Below are positions 48,660 to 57,883 of a DNA stretch of 64,000 nucleotides, piece by piece. Every line of letters starts with the position of its first letter. Position 1 is the first letter of the stretch. Under the pieces are notes generated by a model. The model did no database searches. It was not told the origin of the DNA and saw only the letters and a list, made by a program, of their open reading frames with translations. A program made the translations under genes and the position numbers. This DNA comes from Candidatus Binatia bacterium (GTDB taxonomy: Bacteria > Desulfobacterota > Binatia > UBA9968), in contig JBHHYU010000006.1 in NCBI GenBank assembly GCA_046757725.1, positions 13,841 through 77,840 on the forward strand. Direction: 5' to 3'.

Positions 48660-49580
48660 GTGAGCGGCAAACAGTTTACAGACGATGCCTCTGGCATTAT
48701 CTTGGTCGGCGGCAAAAGCTCGCGTATGGGGCATGCTAAGGCATTGCTTCTCTTTGATGGTGAGCCGCTTATCGTGCACATCGTGCGCAACCTTAGGGGC
48801 CTGTTTGGTGAACTTGTTGTTGTGGCTGCCCCCGAGCAGGAACTGCCCTCGTTGCCGGTGAGGCTGGTACGAGACGAGGTCGCTTATCAGGGGCCGGTAG
48901 GCGGGATTTACTACGGGATCAGTGCGGCGACCAGCAATAACTGCTTTGTAACTTCGTGCGACGTGCCCTTTCTAAATCTTTCCTTGGTTTCATACCTCTT
49001 ATCTCAGATCTCGGATCACGACGTGGTTGTACCCACCTGGGAGGGTCGTCTTCAGCCATTGCAAGCCGTTTACCGGAGAAGTGTCGCCCCAATCCTAGAG
49101 AAGCAGCTGAACCGAGGCGAGTTGCGGCCGGTCTTCCTGTTTCCAAAGGTCCGTACTCGGAAGATTACTGAACAAGAGATCCGTACTGTTGATCCAAAGG
49201 GATTGAGTTTTCTCAATATGAACACGCCGGAGGCATACCAAGCGGCTTTGGCGCGGTGGCACGAGTTGCATGCTCATAGCGACTCAGCTCATGAAAAAGT
49301 TGTTTCTTGTACCGTGGAACTTTTCGGTGTCGCTCGCCTACTGGCAAAGACCCGAAAGGTCTCTCTTGCGCTGCCACAGGAGGCCACTCTCTCCCACGTC
49401 TTTTCGGCTCTGGCCGAAAGGCTGCCGACTTTGGTAGGCCCGGTTATCACCCCTGATAGAAATAACCTCACCAGCGGTAACGCTTGCAACATGAATGGTC
49501 TAGACTTTGTGCGGAACCCGAGCGTCAAGGTCAATCCGGGGGATAGTATTTTTCTTATCTCTGCCGACGCGGGAGGCTGA
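48660..49580 (+). CDS. fusion ORF: an N-terminal MobA-like molybdenum-cofactor nucleotidyltransferase domain and a C-terminal MoaD/ThiS-like beta-grasp domain ending in Gly-Gly
   Basis: N-terminal IILVGGKSSRMG.AKALL MobA motif. The last ~95 aa (VELFGVARLL...PGDSIFLISADAGG) follow the MoaD pattern with a C-terminal GG. Stop is 4 nt before the AOR start. Confidence 0.75.
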   Translation: MSGKQFTDDASGIILVGGKSSRMGHAKALLLFDGEPLIVHIVRNLRGLFGELVVVAAPEQELPSLPVRLVRDEVAYQGPVGGIYYGISAATSNNCFVTSCDVPFLNLSLVSYLLSQISDHDVVVPTWEGRLQPLQAVYRRSVAPILEKQLNRGELRPVFLFPKVRTRKITEQEIRTVDPKGLSFLNMNTPEAYQAALARWHELHAHSDSAHEKVVSCTVELFGVARLLAKTRKVSLALPQEATLSHVFSALAERLPTLVGPVITPDRNNLTSGNACNMNGLDFVRNPSVKVNPGDSIFLISADAGG

Positions 49581-49583
49581 GCG

Positions 49584-51491
49584 ATGTACGGGTTTCATGG
49601 TCGACTGCTCCATATTGATCTTACCACGAGAACTCACCGGTGGCGTAACCTTGAAGAACGCCGCCTGCGGGCGTTCTTAGGCGGCATCGGTCTTGGCACT
49701 AGCCTGCTCTACGATTTCGCCCCATCAGGGGTTGAGCCCCTTTCTCCAGCCAACCCGTTGATCTTTACCAGCGCGCCACTGGTGGGCACCGGTCTCACCA
49801 CCACAGCGAAATTTGCCGTAGTCACCAAATCCCCGCTCACCGGGTTTATCGCTGATTCACTTTCCTCCAGCTTCTTTGCCCTCGAGCTGAAGCGCACCGG
49901 TCTTGACGCTGTGGTGATCACCGGCCAGGCTGCTTCTGCAGTATACCTGTTTATCAGCAACGAAAATGTAGAGATGAGGGAAGGAAAACACCTGTGGGGA
50001 AGAAGCGCCAGCGAGACTGAGACCATCATTCGTTCTGAGCTCAAGGATGAGGGGGTACGGGTAGCGGCCATTGGCAAGGCCGGTGAAAATCGCGTACGTT
50101 TCGCCACTATCAGCAACGAGGGCCGCCATGCTGGGCGGGGCGGCGTTGGCGCGGTGATGGGGTCAAAAAACCTGAAGGCCATTGCTCTGTGTGGCCATGA
50201 TGGGGTCCATGTAGCCGATCCAAAAGGGGTCGAGGCCATCGCCGAGTCAATGCGGCACCGGAGCCTGGGCACGCTAACCGCCAAGTACCGACAGATCGGC
50301 ACTGTGGCAAATCTGGCGGTGTTCAACCGTCTCGGCACCTTGCCCAGTCGAAATTTTCAGCAGTCGACCTTCGACCACGCCGAAGCTCTGAGCGGGGAAA
50401 GCCTAACGGAGAACAACTTCAGCCGCAGGCATGGCTGTGCCTCCTGCACGATCCAGTGCGAACGCCTGTTCAAATCTCTGGCTGGAGAGGAACAACGCCT
50501 GGAATACGAGACTCTCTTTGCCCTCGGTCCCCTTTGTGGCATTGAGGATCCGGATGTGGTCCTACGCGCTGCCCATCTTTGTGACCTCTATGGCCTCGAT
50601 ACCATCAGCACCGGTGGTACACTTGCCTGGGCGATGGAGTGTGCGGAGAAGAGGTTGTTGCCTGAAGCCCCCGGCGGCGGGCTGCGCTTTGGTAATGGTG
50701 ATGGTCTGCTGGCAATTATTCCGGCGATTGCCGGGCGCAGTGGCCTCGGCGCCCTGCTGGCCGAAGGCTCAAGGGGAGCCGCTATGAAGGTTGGCAAAGA
50801 CGCGATGTACTGTGCAATGCACGTCAAGGGGCTGGAACTACCCGGGTATGAACCGCGCAGCATGAAAACCATGGCACTGGGGCTAGCGGTAAGCCCACGC
50901 GGAGCCTGCCACAACCGTTCTGGCGCCTACGAAGCCGACTTCTCAGGACAGGTCGATCGCTTGAGTGGAGATGCTGGCCGGGGCGCTCTGGTTGTGGCCT
51001 CGGAAGATTTTGCTGCGGTGCTGGACTCGCTGATTGTTTGCAAGTTCCTGCGCAAGTGCTTTAACGACTTTTATGCTGAGAGTGCGGATCTGCTCAGCAA
51101 GGTTACCGGCTGGCCTTGCTCTAACGGTGAGCTACGCCGGGTCGGCGAACGGATCCATACGCTCAAGAAACTGTTCAATCTGCGTGAGGGGTGGCGGCCG
51201 GAGGATGACTGGCTACCTCCACGATTGCTGGGCGAGGCCCTCCCGACCGGCGTGGCCCAGGGCGTAGGGTTGGCCCCGGCCGAGCTGCGAGAGATGATCC
51301 AGGGGTATTACCGGGAGAGAGAATGGGATGAGAGCGGTTTTGTTCCGGAAAAGAAGTTAAAGGAGTTGGGACTGCTGATGCCTTACCATGTCTCTCCCTT
51401 TGTACAAGAAACAAAGGGAGGAGACGGAGATGTGCCACCGAACCTCTCTGTCCCTGTCTCAAACCTCTATCTTAAACCAAGGGAGGAATAG
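49584..51491 (+). CDS. aor: aldehyde:ferredoxin oxidoreductase family (tungstopterin enzyme)
   Basis: MYGFHGRLLHIDLTT N-terminus and GLDTISTGGTLAWAMEC region. 635 aa. Confidence 0.85.
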   Translation: MYGFHGRLLHIDLTTRTHRWRNLEERRLRAFLGGIGLGTSLLYDFAPSGVEPLSPANPLIFTSAPLVGTGLTTTAKFAVVTKSPLTGFIADSLSSSFFALELKRTGLDAVVITGQAASAVYLFISNENVEMREGKHLWGRSASETETIIRSELKDEGVRVAAIGKAGENRVRFATISNEGRHAGRGGVGAVMGSKNLKAIALCGHDGVHVADPKGVEAIAESMRHRSLGTLTAKYRQIGTVANLAVFNRLGTLPSRNFQQSTFDHAEALSGESLTENNFSRRHGCASCTIQCERLFKSLAGEEQRLEYETLFALGPLCGIEDPDVVLRAAHLCDLYGLDTISTGGTLAWAMECAEKRLLPEAPGGGLRFGNGDGLLAIIPAIAGRSGLGALLAEGSRGAAMKVGKDAMYCAMHVKGLELPGYEPRSMKTMALGLAVSPRGACHNRSGAYEADFSGQVDRLSGDAGRGALVVASEDFAAVLDSLIVCKFLRKCFNDFYAESADLLSKVTGWPCSNGELRRVGERIHTLKKLFNLREGWRPEDDWLPPRLLGEALPTGVAQGVGLAPAELREMIQGYYREREWDESGFVPEKKLKELGLLMPYHVSPFVQETKGGDGDVPPNLSVPVSNLYLKPREE

Positions 51492-51493
51492 GC

Positions 51494-51673
51494 CATGCCG
51501 ACGGATGAAACACGGCGTTTACTAAAGGTGTTTGGCGTTGCAGTGACCGCGCTCGAGGATGCCGTTGAAAAAAGTGCACCGGCCGAAGAGCTGTCGAGGG
51601 CAAAAACGGAAGTGAAAAACCGCCTTGGGGAGGTTCAGGCCCTCCTGAATAGGCTTAGCTCCAAGAAGGAGTG
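51494..51673 (+). CDS. small 59-aa helical protein, coupled to the end of aor
   Basis: GGGAGG 8 nt upstream of ATG 51494. The coding frame MPTDETRRLLKVFGVAVTALEDAVEKSAPAEELSRAKTEVKNRLGEVQALLNRLSSKKE is below the 60-aa cut-off of the ORF track. Confidence 0.4.
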
Positions 51674-51720
51674 AGCCGCCGGCAGGTTCATATATGCTCC
51701 GGGTCTCAGAGAGGTAAGGC

Positions 51721-52476
51721 ATGTCTGAGTCCAGTTTTTTACAGGGGTTTCGCTTCCTTCAGGAGGGGCTTTACGATCAGGCGATTACGGCCTTTCAAGA
51801 GCTTCTGAAGCATCAACCGGACCTCGCAGAAGGGCATTTTAACCTCGGAAATGCCTACATAGGACAAAGAGATTATACGCGTGCCCTGGTGGCTTATCGG
51901 GAAGCCATCCGTCTGAAGCCTCGATTCCCCCAGGCCTATACCAATGTAGGTTTTATTTATGCGAGGCTGGGGCAGCCTGAGCGAGCCCTGGCAGCTTTTC
52001 ATGAGGCCATTGAGACGCAGCCGGATTTTGCGGAAGCCTACGTGCAGATCGGACTCACGTACCTTGAGCAAGGGCGCTATGATGATGCTGTAGCCAGCTT
52101 ACAGAAGGCGACGCAATACGCTCCGCAGCATGGGGTAGCCTACAGAGCTTTGGGGCTCGCCTATCTGCGATGTGCCGCGTACGCAGAAGCGGCTGAGGCC
52201 TTAAAAACGGCTATGCGGCTACTTCCGGAGGATGCCGAGACGCACTTCCATCTCGGCATGGTGCTGTATGAACAGGGTAATTATGCCGCTGCGTGTGACC
52301 TACTTACCTGTGCGGTGAGCCTCGAGCCTGAAAATCCACAGGCACATTTTAATCTAGCGCTGGCCTATCTTGCCTGGGGTAATAGTAAGAAGGCCGAGGA
52401 GCACTGCGTAAGGCTCCAAGGCCTCGAATCTTCTCTTGCCGCCGAGCTGCGTCAGGAGATTGATCGCTTGCGTTGA
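51721..52476 (+). CDS. tetratricopeptide-repeat protein
   Basis: Repeated 34-aa A/Y/L pattern (e.g. [33 protein letters not shown]). Confidence 0.75.
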   Translation: MSESSFLQGFRFLQEGLYDQAITAFQELLKHQPDLAEGHFNLGNAYIGQRDYTRALVAYREAIRLKPRFPQAYTNVGFIYARLGQPERALAAFHEAIETQPDFAEAYVQIGLTYLEQGRYDDAVASLQKATQYAPQHGVAYRALGLAYLRCAAYAEAAEALKTAMRLLPEDAETHFHLGMVLYEQGNYAAACDLLTCAVSLEPENPQAHFNLALAYLAWGNSKKAEEHCVRLQGLESSLAAELRQEIDRLR

Positions 52477-52489
52477 GGGGTGATAGCGT

Positions 52490-53605
52490 TTACCAAAGCT
52501 GTGACTTCCCTCCTTGCACCCACCAATTGTCGCGTGCACGGATCTCCATTTCATATCCCTTCCCCGATTGCCGTGCCAGCTCATAACACCTCTTGGCCAA
52601 GGCTAAATCAATGATGCCTTGGCCGCCCTGGTTCTTGTAAAGAATGATTTGCCTGTCGTCCGTTCTCCCCTTGGCATTTCCAGCGAGCACATCCGCGATG
52701 TCCACCACCCTGTCCCAGGTGATGACCCCCTCCTGCACGGGCCAGTAGATATCTCCTTGCTGGGAATCTATCGCTTGCTCCTTAGAGAGGGCCACAATGA
52801 AGCTACATCTCCTGAGGGTCCCATCATCGATCTCTCTGCGCGGGGCGGAGATGTTTCCGCTCTTGACCAATTCGATATTGCTGCCGATGACTGAAATTAT
52901 ATACTGCCCTTCTTCGAGCCAGGAACCGTCAATGACAGGCACATTGGTATTCGTCATGCACAGGATAATATCGACATCTTTGGCCGCCAACCGAGGATCA
53001 TCCACGGTTTCAATCGGCACACCGGTGGTCTCACCCATCCTCGTGGCAAATGCCTCTCTATGGGATGGCGTTGGGCTGTAGACCTTCGCGCTCTCAATCT
53101 TTCTCAGCTCTGTTAGGCCTAGAAAGGTTGAGCTGGCTTGGTGACCTGAGCCAAAAATACCAACCCGTGTAGCATCGCGGCGCGCAAAGTGATCAAGGCC
53201 GGCCAAGCTGGTAGCAGGAGTGCGCAAGTCCGCCGTACCCCCTACGTGTCGGGGGCGATGAGCCATTATTCCCAAAAGAGTTCCGCTATCGACATCGTAA
53301 ATCAGCGCAAGCTCAGTCTGGTCGGGATTATAAGGAGGTCTTTTCTGGACAGTCCCTTGTATGGCCTTGCGATGGAGGGCCACCTGGGCTCCGATAGCGC
53401 CGTAACTCGACGATCCGCCCGCGTAGATATTCAGAACGGTATCATAGGGTACTTCTCCCATATTTCGGTGGATGTGTAGCCTCTTGCGGGGAGCATTGGT
53501 CCCTAGCGGACTGGAAATGTCCTTCAGGGCGCTTTCAGCAATGCTGACGGCTTCTTTCAATGGAATAAGTTCATCTACATCATCTGAATGAAAAAAAAGC
53601 GCCAT
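52490..53605 (-). CDS. ornithine cyclodeaminase / mu-crystallin family protein
   Basis: Rossmann GIFGSGHQA and overall OCD-family layout. Confidence 0.7.
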   Translation of the reverse strand: MALFFHSDDVDELIPLKEAVSIAESALKDISSPLGTNAPRKRLHIHRNMGEVPYDTVLNIYAGGSSSYGAIGAQVALHRKAIQGTVQKRPPYNPDQTELALIYDVDSGTLLGIMAHRPRHVGGTADLRTPATSLAGLDHFARRDATRVGIFGSGHQASSTFLGLTELRKIESAKVYSPTPSHREAFATRMGETTGVPIETVDDPRLAAKDVDIILCMTNTNVPVIDGSWLEEGQYIISVIGSNIELVKSGNISAPRREIDDGTLRRCSFIVALSKEQAIDSQQGDIYWPVQEGVITWDRVVDIADVLAGNAKGRTDDRQIILYKNQGGQGIIDLALAKRCYELARQSGKGYEMEIRARDNWWVQGGKSQLW

Positions 53606-54030
53606 AAATCAACTCCTCCCTCTATGCCGGCCTAAGTTTTAACAGCGAGCAGCAGACTGATTTCTGCTCGATCCGCTCTGCCTTTCTAAAAAACAATGAA
53701 AAGGGACAGAACAGGAAAAGAACTATCGTACCACTGTTTGGTCGTCAAGCTTGGTTAACTTCCAAAAGCGCTAGCGGAGTGGGCCGGGAGGGGAGACGGC
53801 CGTCTCTTAAAATTTAAACTTTGCCAGCAACACACAGCACCTGTTTGAGTCGCAACATCAGACTAAATAGACTCCCTCTTACCTATTCCTGCTGAACCTG
53901 CCGCACAGCACATTGAGCAAGGGGTTACATGGTGATTCAGGAGAATTGACCGGCTTGAGCCCACTTCAGTCCATAGCAGTGGGACACCCCTTTGGTGGGA
54001 GTGCAGATGCGGGTAAGAAGCGTCCGCCCC

Positions 54031-54061
54031 AAAAAAGGGGACGGGTATGGCTCCCGTCCCC
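54031..54061 (-). terminator. rho-independent terminator for the minus-strand gene ending at 54090
   Basis: On the minus strand: GGGGACGG-gagccata-CCGTCCCC followed by TTTTTT. Confidence 0.6.
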
Positions 54062-54089
54062 TTCTCGATCTCAAAAAGAGAACTACTTA

Positions 54090-54377
54090 TTATTTTACAC
54101 TGACTTTGCTAGCGGTCTTGCGATCATCGTCCGCGTCATAGGTTGCCTTGATTGATTGGCCTTCCTTGATGTCGGAGCGGTCGTCCACGCCCTTTAAATC
54201 GGTGCGGCTACCGCTAATCCGGATCTTCACCGACTTGCACGGGTTCTTAACAGTAATGTAACGGCCATCCCGCTCGATTTTCACCACCTTTCCTTTGATC
54301 TCGGCGGCTACGAGCCAGCCTGCTACGGAAAGGGTAAAAAGGGTCATTAAAACAAGGCTTAATAGTTTCTTACTCAT
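54090..54377 (-). CDS. small secreted or periplasmic protein (signal peptide plus a ~70-aa Lys/Asp-rich beta domain)
   Basis: N-terminal LLSLVLMTLFTLSVAGWLVAA signal-like segment. Own terminator downstream. Confidence 0.6.
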   Translation of the reverse strand: MSKKLLSLVLMTLFTLSVAGWLVAAEIKGKVVKIERDGRYITVKNPCKSVKIRISGSRTDLKGVDDRSDIKEGQSIKATYDADDDRKTASKVSVK

Positions 54378-54653
54378 CTTTTCTCACCTCCTTAATCTAT
54401 TCAGCATTAGGGCACCTTGTTGGATAGCAGAATTTACGTTTTTACCTATGCAGTTGCCAAGGTTTAAAAGCCTCTGCCCAAACGTGTGATTTGGATAGAA
54501 CCGCAGGGGGGGCCACACCTTCCGCCCTGCCACGTTAGAGAGTTAAAGGGTTGAAAAATCGAAAAACTCTTGTGCCCGTAGACCCTTCAACTTTTTCAGG
54601 CCCCGAGGTATCTTCCAGAGGGACAAAAATATTAGCAATCCGCGGGTGGTTCT

Positions 54654-54885
54654 ATGAACTACCCCGTAGCAAGCTGCTGGGTATCAAAAGGAACGGACTC
54701 ATGTCAACACATTGCTATCGCGCCAAGAGCCTACTCCGCCGAAGCAGGCGCTTCCGCTGCGAAGGCCGGGCGCCAAGGGCGCAAAGAAAAACATGACCCT
54801 ATTTCTCCGAACTTGGCGTGCTTTGCGTCTTTGCGGGAGCCATCGTTTTGCCATTTCCGTAAGCCACATTTTAACCGATTGCTGC
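54654..54885. repeat. 232-bp element, inverted copy 1 (partner at 59254..59485)
   Basis: The reverse complement aligns to 59254..59485 with about 11 differences. A ~165-bp core differs by a single base. Confidence 0.85.
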
Positions 54886-54902
54886 AAACAGATGAGCTGT
54901 TT

Positions 54903-55886
54903 CTACCGGTTATTCCACCCCTCACCAAACGCTTCGGCCTCCCTAAATCCTTCTTCCCTCCATTCATCAATGAGTTCGCGGACAGGAATTTTACGATGCA
55001 TCAGCCCTTTCATGAGGCTCTTATACAGAGGCGCAGATTCCGTCTGGGCGTTAACGGGGCATACGGTTAGACAAATCTTGCAACCTTCGTAGTCCTCGAA
55101 ATAGGGGCGGCAAGCCGGGGTATCCACATGCCAGCGAACGGTACCAAAAACCTCTTGTTTCTTGGGAACAATGGCATTGCCGGGACAGAAATTAGTACAC
55201 GCATTGCAGCGCAAGCACAAATCATCAAAACCGTAATCGGCAGGCGCCGGTTCGGCAACGAGCGGTATCTCAGTTGTCACAACACCAAGACGCACACTGG
55301 GGCCAAATTTCTTGGTAATCAAGGACCCATGGCGACCCAACTCGCCTAATCCGGCCTTCCAGGCAATGGGTATAAAGAGAGCGGGCCCTTCATTCGGATA
55401 GCCCACGGCATGGTAACCAAACGAACGAATAAATTGCGCCAACCGCACGGATAGATCCGAGAGCCTGTAGTAAACCCTATGAACTTCCATTTGGGACAAC
55501 GGACCCAACCGTTTCATCTCATCGAAATCCATGTGAATGGCGAAGGAGATCCCACGGTTGTGACCTTGAGGGGGTGCAGTACCGCGGACAAAGTCGAACC
55601 GATCCACGGGGGCAATACCGACGAGATCGGCACCCAGCTGCAGGGCGGTCTCCTTTACGAATCGTGTTACTCCGTCCCAATCCTTCGTTTCCAGTTTTTC
55701 GGGATTGAGGGGGCCATCGTAAAGACCGCGTTGCGCATGCTCGGCCCTCATGAACATGAAGCGACGGGTTTGCGGGTGCCGCTTCGCCTTCGTGGCTTCA
55801 CCGCGCTTTTTATCTGGGAACGGCGACTGCTTGATGGCCGGTTCTCTACCAGGTGTGAAGATGATACCTTTAGGCTCCATGGGCAC
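54903..55886 (-). CDS. QueG/RdhA-superfamily protein with two [4Fe-4S] ferredoxin motifs (epoxyqueuosine-reductase-like)
   Basis: CLRCNACTNFCPGNAI and CKICLTVCPVN motifs. N-terminal VKETALQLGADLVGIAPVD resembles the QueG N-terminus. The start appears to be GTG. Confidence 0.6.
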   Translation of the reverse strand: MPMEPKGIIFTPGREPAIKQSPFPDKKRGEATKAKRHPQTRRFMFMRAEHAQRGLYDGPLNPEKLETKDWDGVTRFVKETALQLGADLVGIAPVDRFDFVRGTAPPQGHNRGISFAIHMDFDEMKRLGPLSQMEVHRVYYRLSDLSVRLAQFIRSFGYHAVGYPNEGPALFIPIAWKAGLGELGRHGSLITKKFGPSVRLGVVTTEIPLVAEPAPADYGFDDLCLRCNACTNFCPGNAIVPKKQEVFGTVRWHVDTPACRPYFEDYEGCKICLTVCPVNAQTESAPLYKSLMKGLMHRKIPVRELIDEWREEGFREAEAFGEGWNNR

Positions 55887-56178
55887 AATCCCCTGAACTA
55901 CGAACTAACTTGAGTAATGTATTTCAAATGAAACTCATATTCAACGTGAATTTATGAGCTTTAAGGGGCGGACCGGCCCTTATTCCCAATTTAGGACAGA
56001 GAATAGTCGGTACTCCGGTCTTATTTTCAGCTTCAGTGCGGGTTTACGGAAGAGATACTGAGCCGGGTACTCCCGCCCGTGACCGGCGTAAGGTCCTCAA
56101 GCAGCCCGTTGGGGGCTCTCGCAAGGTTCCTGATCGGAACCTTCAAGGACGTTGCAAAAGAAACCCCGCACAGCTAGG

Positions 56179-56197
56179 TTGACAGAGCACCTGTCAA
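56179..56197. promoter_or_regulatory. perfect dyad TTGACAG-N5-CTGTCAA in the divergent promoter region of the cassette
   Basis: 7-bp inverted arms read directly from the sequence. Lies between the divergent starts at 55886 and 56354. Confidence 0.3.
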
Positions 56198-56353
56198 TTC
56201 GATAACGTCTGGTTCAAACCACCGGTTCGAAAGGCAGCCTTGTCTTGCCCCACTAAAGCTTGATTCTGCTAAACGTAGCCTGGTGGACGGTCATTTGCAG
56301 AAATTCCCTGCTCTTTACGGGCTTATCTGCCATAACGAGGTTTTCATTATCCT

Positions 56354-57883
56354 ATGTGTGGAATAGCGACATACGTCGGATGTCAGTCGAGTACGGTCAC
56401 CAACATGATGGACGGTATAGCTGGACGTCTCCAGCACCGAGGGCCCGACGATTCTGGGGTCTTCCACGTCGGTTCGACGGTGCTCGCTCATCGGCGCTTG
56501 TCGATCATCGACGTCGCCGGGGGAAAACAACCTATATACAACGAAAACGGCGATCTGGCCCTTGTTTGCAACGGTGAGATCTACAACCATGAGCGGCTGC
56601 GCCATGAGTTGCGGGACCGACACCGCTTCCGCACACACTCCGATTCCGAGGTTATTCTTCACCTATACGAAGATTTGGGCCCGGCATTCGTGACAAAGCT
56701 TGACGGCATGTTCGCCTTCGTGTTGAGCGACGGCGAGGAGGTCTTCGCAGCGCGTGATCCCCTCGGTATCAAGCCGCTGTATATGGGAAGCGATGCCGAG
56801 GGTGGACTGTGGTTTGCCTCCGAACTCAAGGCGCTGATCGATGTGTGTGTAGATATCAAGGAGGTCCCACCAGGATTTGCGTACACTCGCGGCACCCTGG
56901 AGCAATGGTATCATCCATTGTGGCGGGAGCCGCCGGATCGGTCTTTGATGCTCGACCCAAGTTCAATCCGGGATAGGCTTGAATCCGCGGTTGTCAAGCG
57001 GTTGATGAGCGAGGTTCCAGTGGGGGTGTTCCTTTCCGGCGGGCTCGACTCGAGCATCATCGCTGCGCTGGTGCGCCAGCACGTGGATGAGCTGCACAGC
57101 TTCTCGGTCGGATTGGAGGGGTCACCGGACATCCTCGCCGCCAGGAAGGTGGCCGAACATCTCCGCACGCGTCACCACGAGTACGTTTACACCTCTGGAG
57201 AGGTCATCCGTGTGCTCGAAGAGGTGATCGCCCATCTTGAGTCCTACGATCCCGCGTTATTGCGCAGCGCTGTGCCGTGTTACTTTGTCTCCAAGATCGC
57301 CTCGGATCACGTCAAGGTCGTGCTGAGCGGAGAGGGCTCCGATGAGGCCTTCGCAGGCTACCTTTACTTCGACAGCGTCGGTGATCCGGCTGCCCTCCAT
57401 CGCGAGTGCGTGCGATTACTGACCGGCCTGCACAACATGAACCTGCAGCGAGTCGACCGCATGACGATGGCTCATTCCATCGAGGGTCGCGTTCCCTTCC
57501 TCGACATTGACTTTCTCGATACCGTAATGGCAATCGATCCGGGTGAAAAACTTCACCGGCGCGGTCGCCCGGAAAAATGGCTACTGCGCAGCGCCGTGAC
57601 CGACCTTCTGCCGGAGTCCATTCTGTGGCGCACGAAACAGGAGTTCGCCCAGGGATGCGGTTCCGAATGGACCCTGCGGGAGTATTGTGCAGAGGTAGTC
57701 AGCGAAGGCGACTGGGCCCAGGCCACCCGGAGCTACCCCGTCGACGCGCCTCGGACAAAGGAAGAGTTCCACTACCGACGCATCTTCGAGGAGATCTTTC
57801 CGGGGGAGACATCGCGTCGGACGGTAGGGCGCTGGCGCGGTGCATTTACTTCACCAAGTGAACAGGAGGAATACAATGCCTAA
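56354..57883 (+). CDS. asparagine synthetase B-family glutamine amidotransferase
   Basis: N-terminal MCGI class-II GATase nucleophile and PP-loop SGGLDSS. Confidence 0.85.
   Translation: MCGIATYVGCQSSTVTNMMDGIAGRLQHRGPDDSGVFHVGSTVLAHRRLSIIDVAGGKQPIYNENGDLALVCNGEIYNHERLRHELRDRHRFRTHSDSEVILHLYEDLGPAFVTKLDGMFAFVLSDGEEVFAARDPLGIKPLYMGSDAEGGLWFASELKALIDVCVDIKEVPPGFAYTRGTLEQWYHPLWREPPDRSLMLDPSSIRDRLESAVVKRLMSEVPVGVFLSGGLDSSIIAALVRQHVDELHSFSVGLEGSPDILAARKVAEHLRTRHHEYVYTSGEVIRVLEEVIAHLESYDPALLRSAVPCYFVSKIASDHVKVVLSGEGSDEAFAGYLYFDSVGDPAALHRECVRLLTGLHNMNLQRVDRMTMAHSIEGRVPFLDIDFLDTVMAIDPGEKLHRRGRPEKWLLRSAVTDLLPESILWRTKQEFAQGCGSEWTLREYCAEVVSEGDWAQATRSYPVDAPRTKEEFHYRRIFEEIFPGETSRRTVGRWRGAFTSPSEQEEYNA

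Noticed and set aside
49709-50338. Long antisense ORFs opposite confident genes. These are 49709..50338 opposite aor, 26867..27541 opposite gmhB-msrA, 19515..20000 opposite lpxI, 6142..6636 opposite sufS, 60829..61431 opposite the polyferredoxin, 62898..63467 opposite the TorD-like gene, and 61989..62510 opposite the 62256 gene.
   Set aside because: The opposite-strand genes have clear family signatures. The antisense frames are Arg/Pro/Ser-rich, as expected for open frames in GC-rich DNA.
51522-51722. 66-aa minus-strand ORF downstream of aor
   Set aside because: The overlapping plus-strand 59-aa frame has a strong GGGAGG RBS and a protein-like helical sequence. The minus-strand frame has neither.
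54551-54796. Arg-rich 81-aa ORF inside inverted-repeat copy 1, together with its counterpart 59343..59597 (-, 84 aa). Both share the C-terminal sequence …LPRSKL[LR]GIKRNGLMSTHCYRAKSLLRRSRRFRCEGRAPRAQRKT
   Set aside because: Identity between the two begins mid-ORF, exactly at the repeat boundary, and the N-termini are unrelated. The Arg-rich composition is what a GC-rich non-coding repeat yields when translated. It is treated as part of the repeat element, not a gene.
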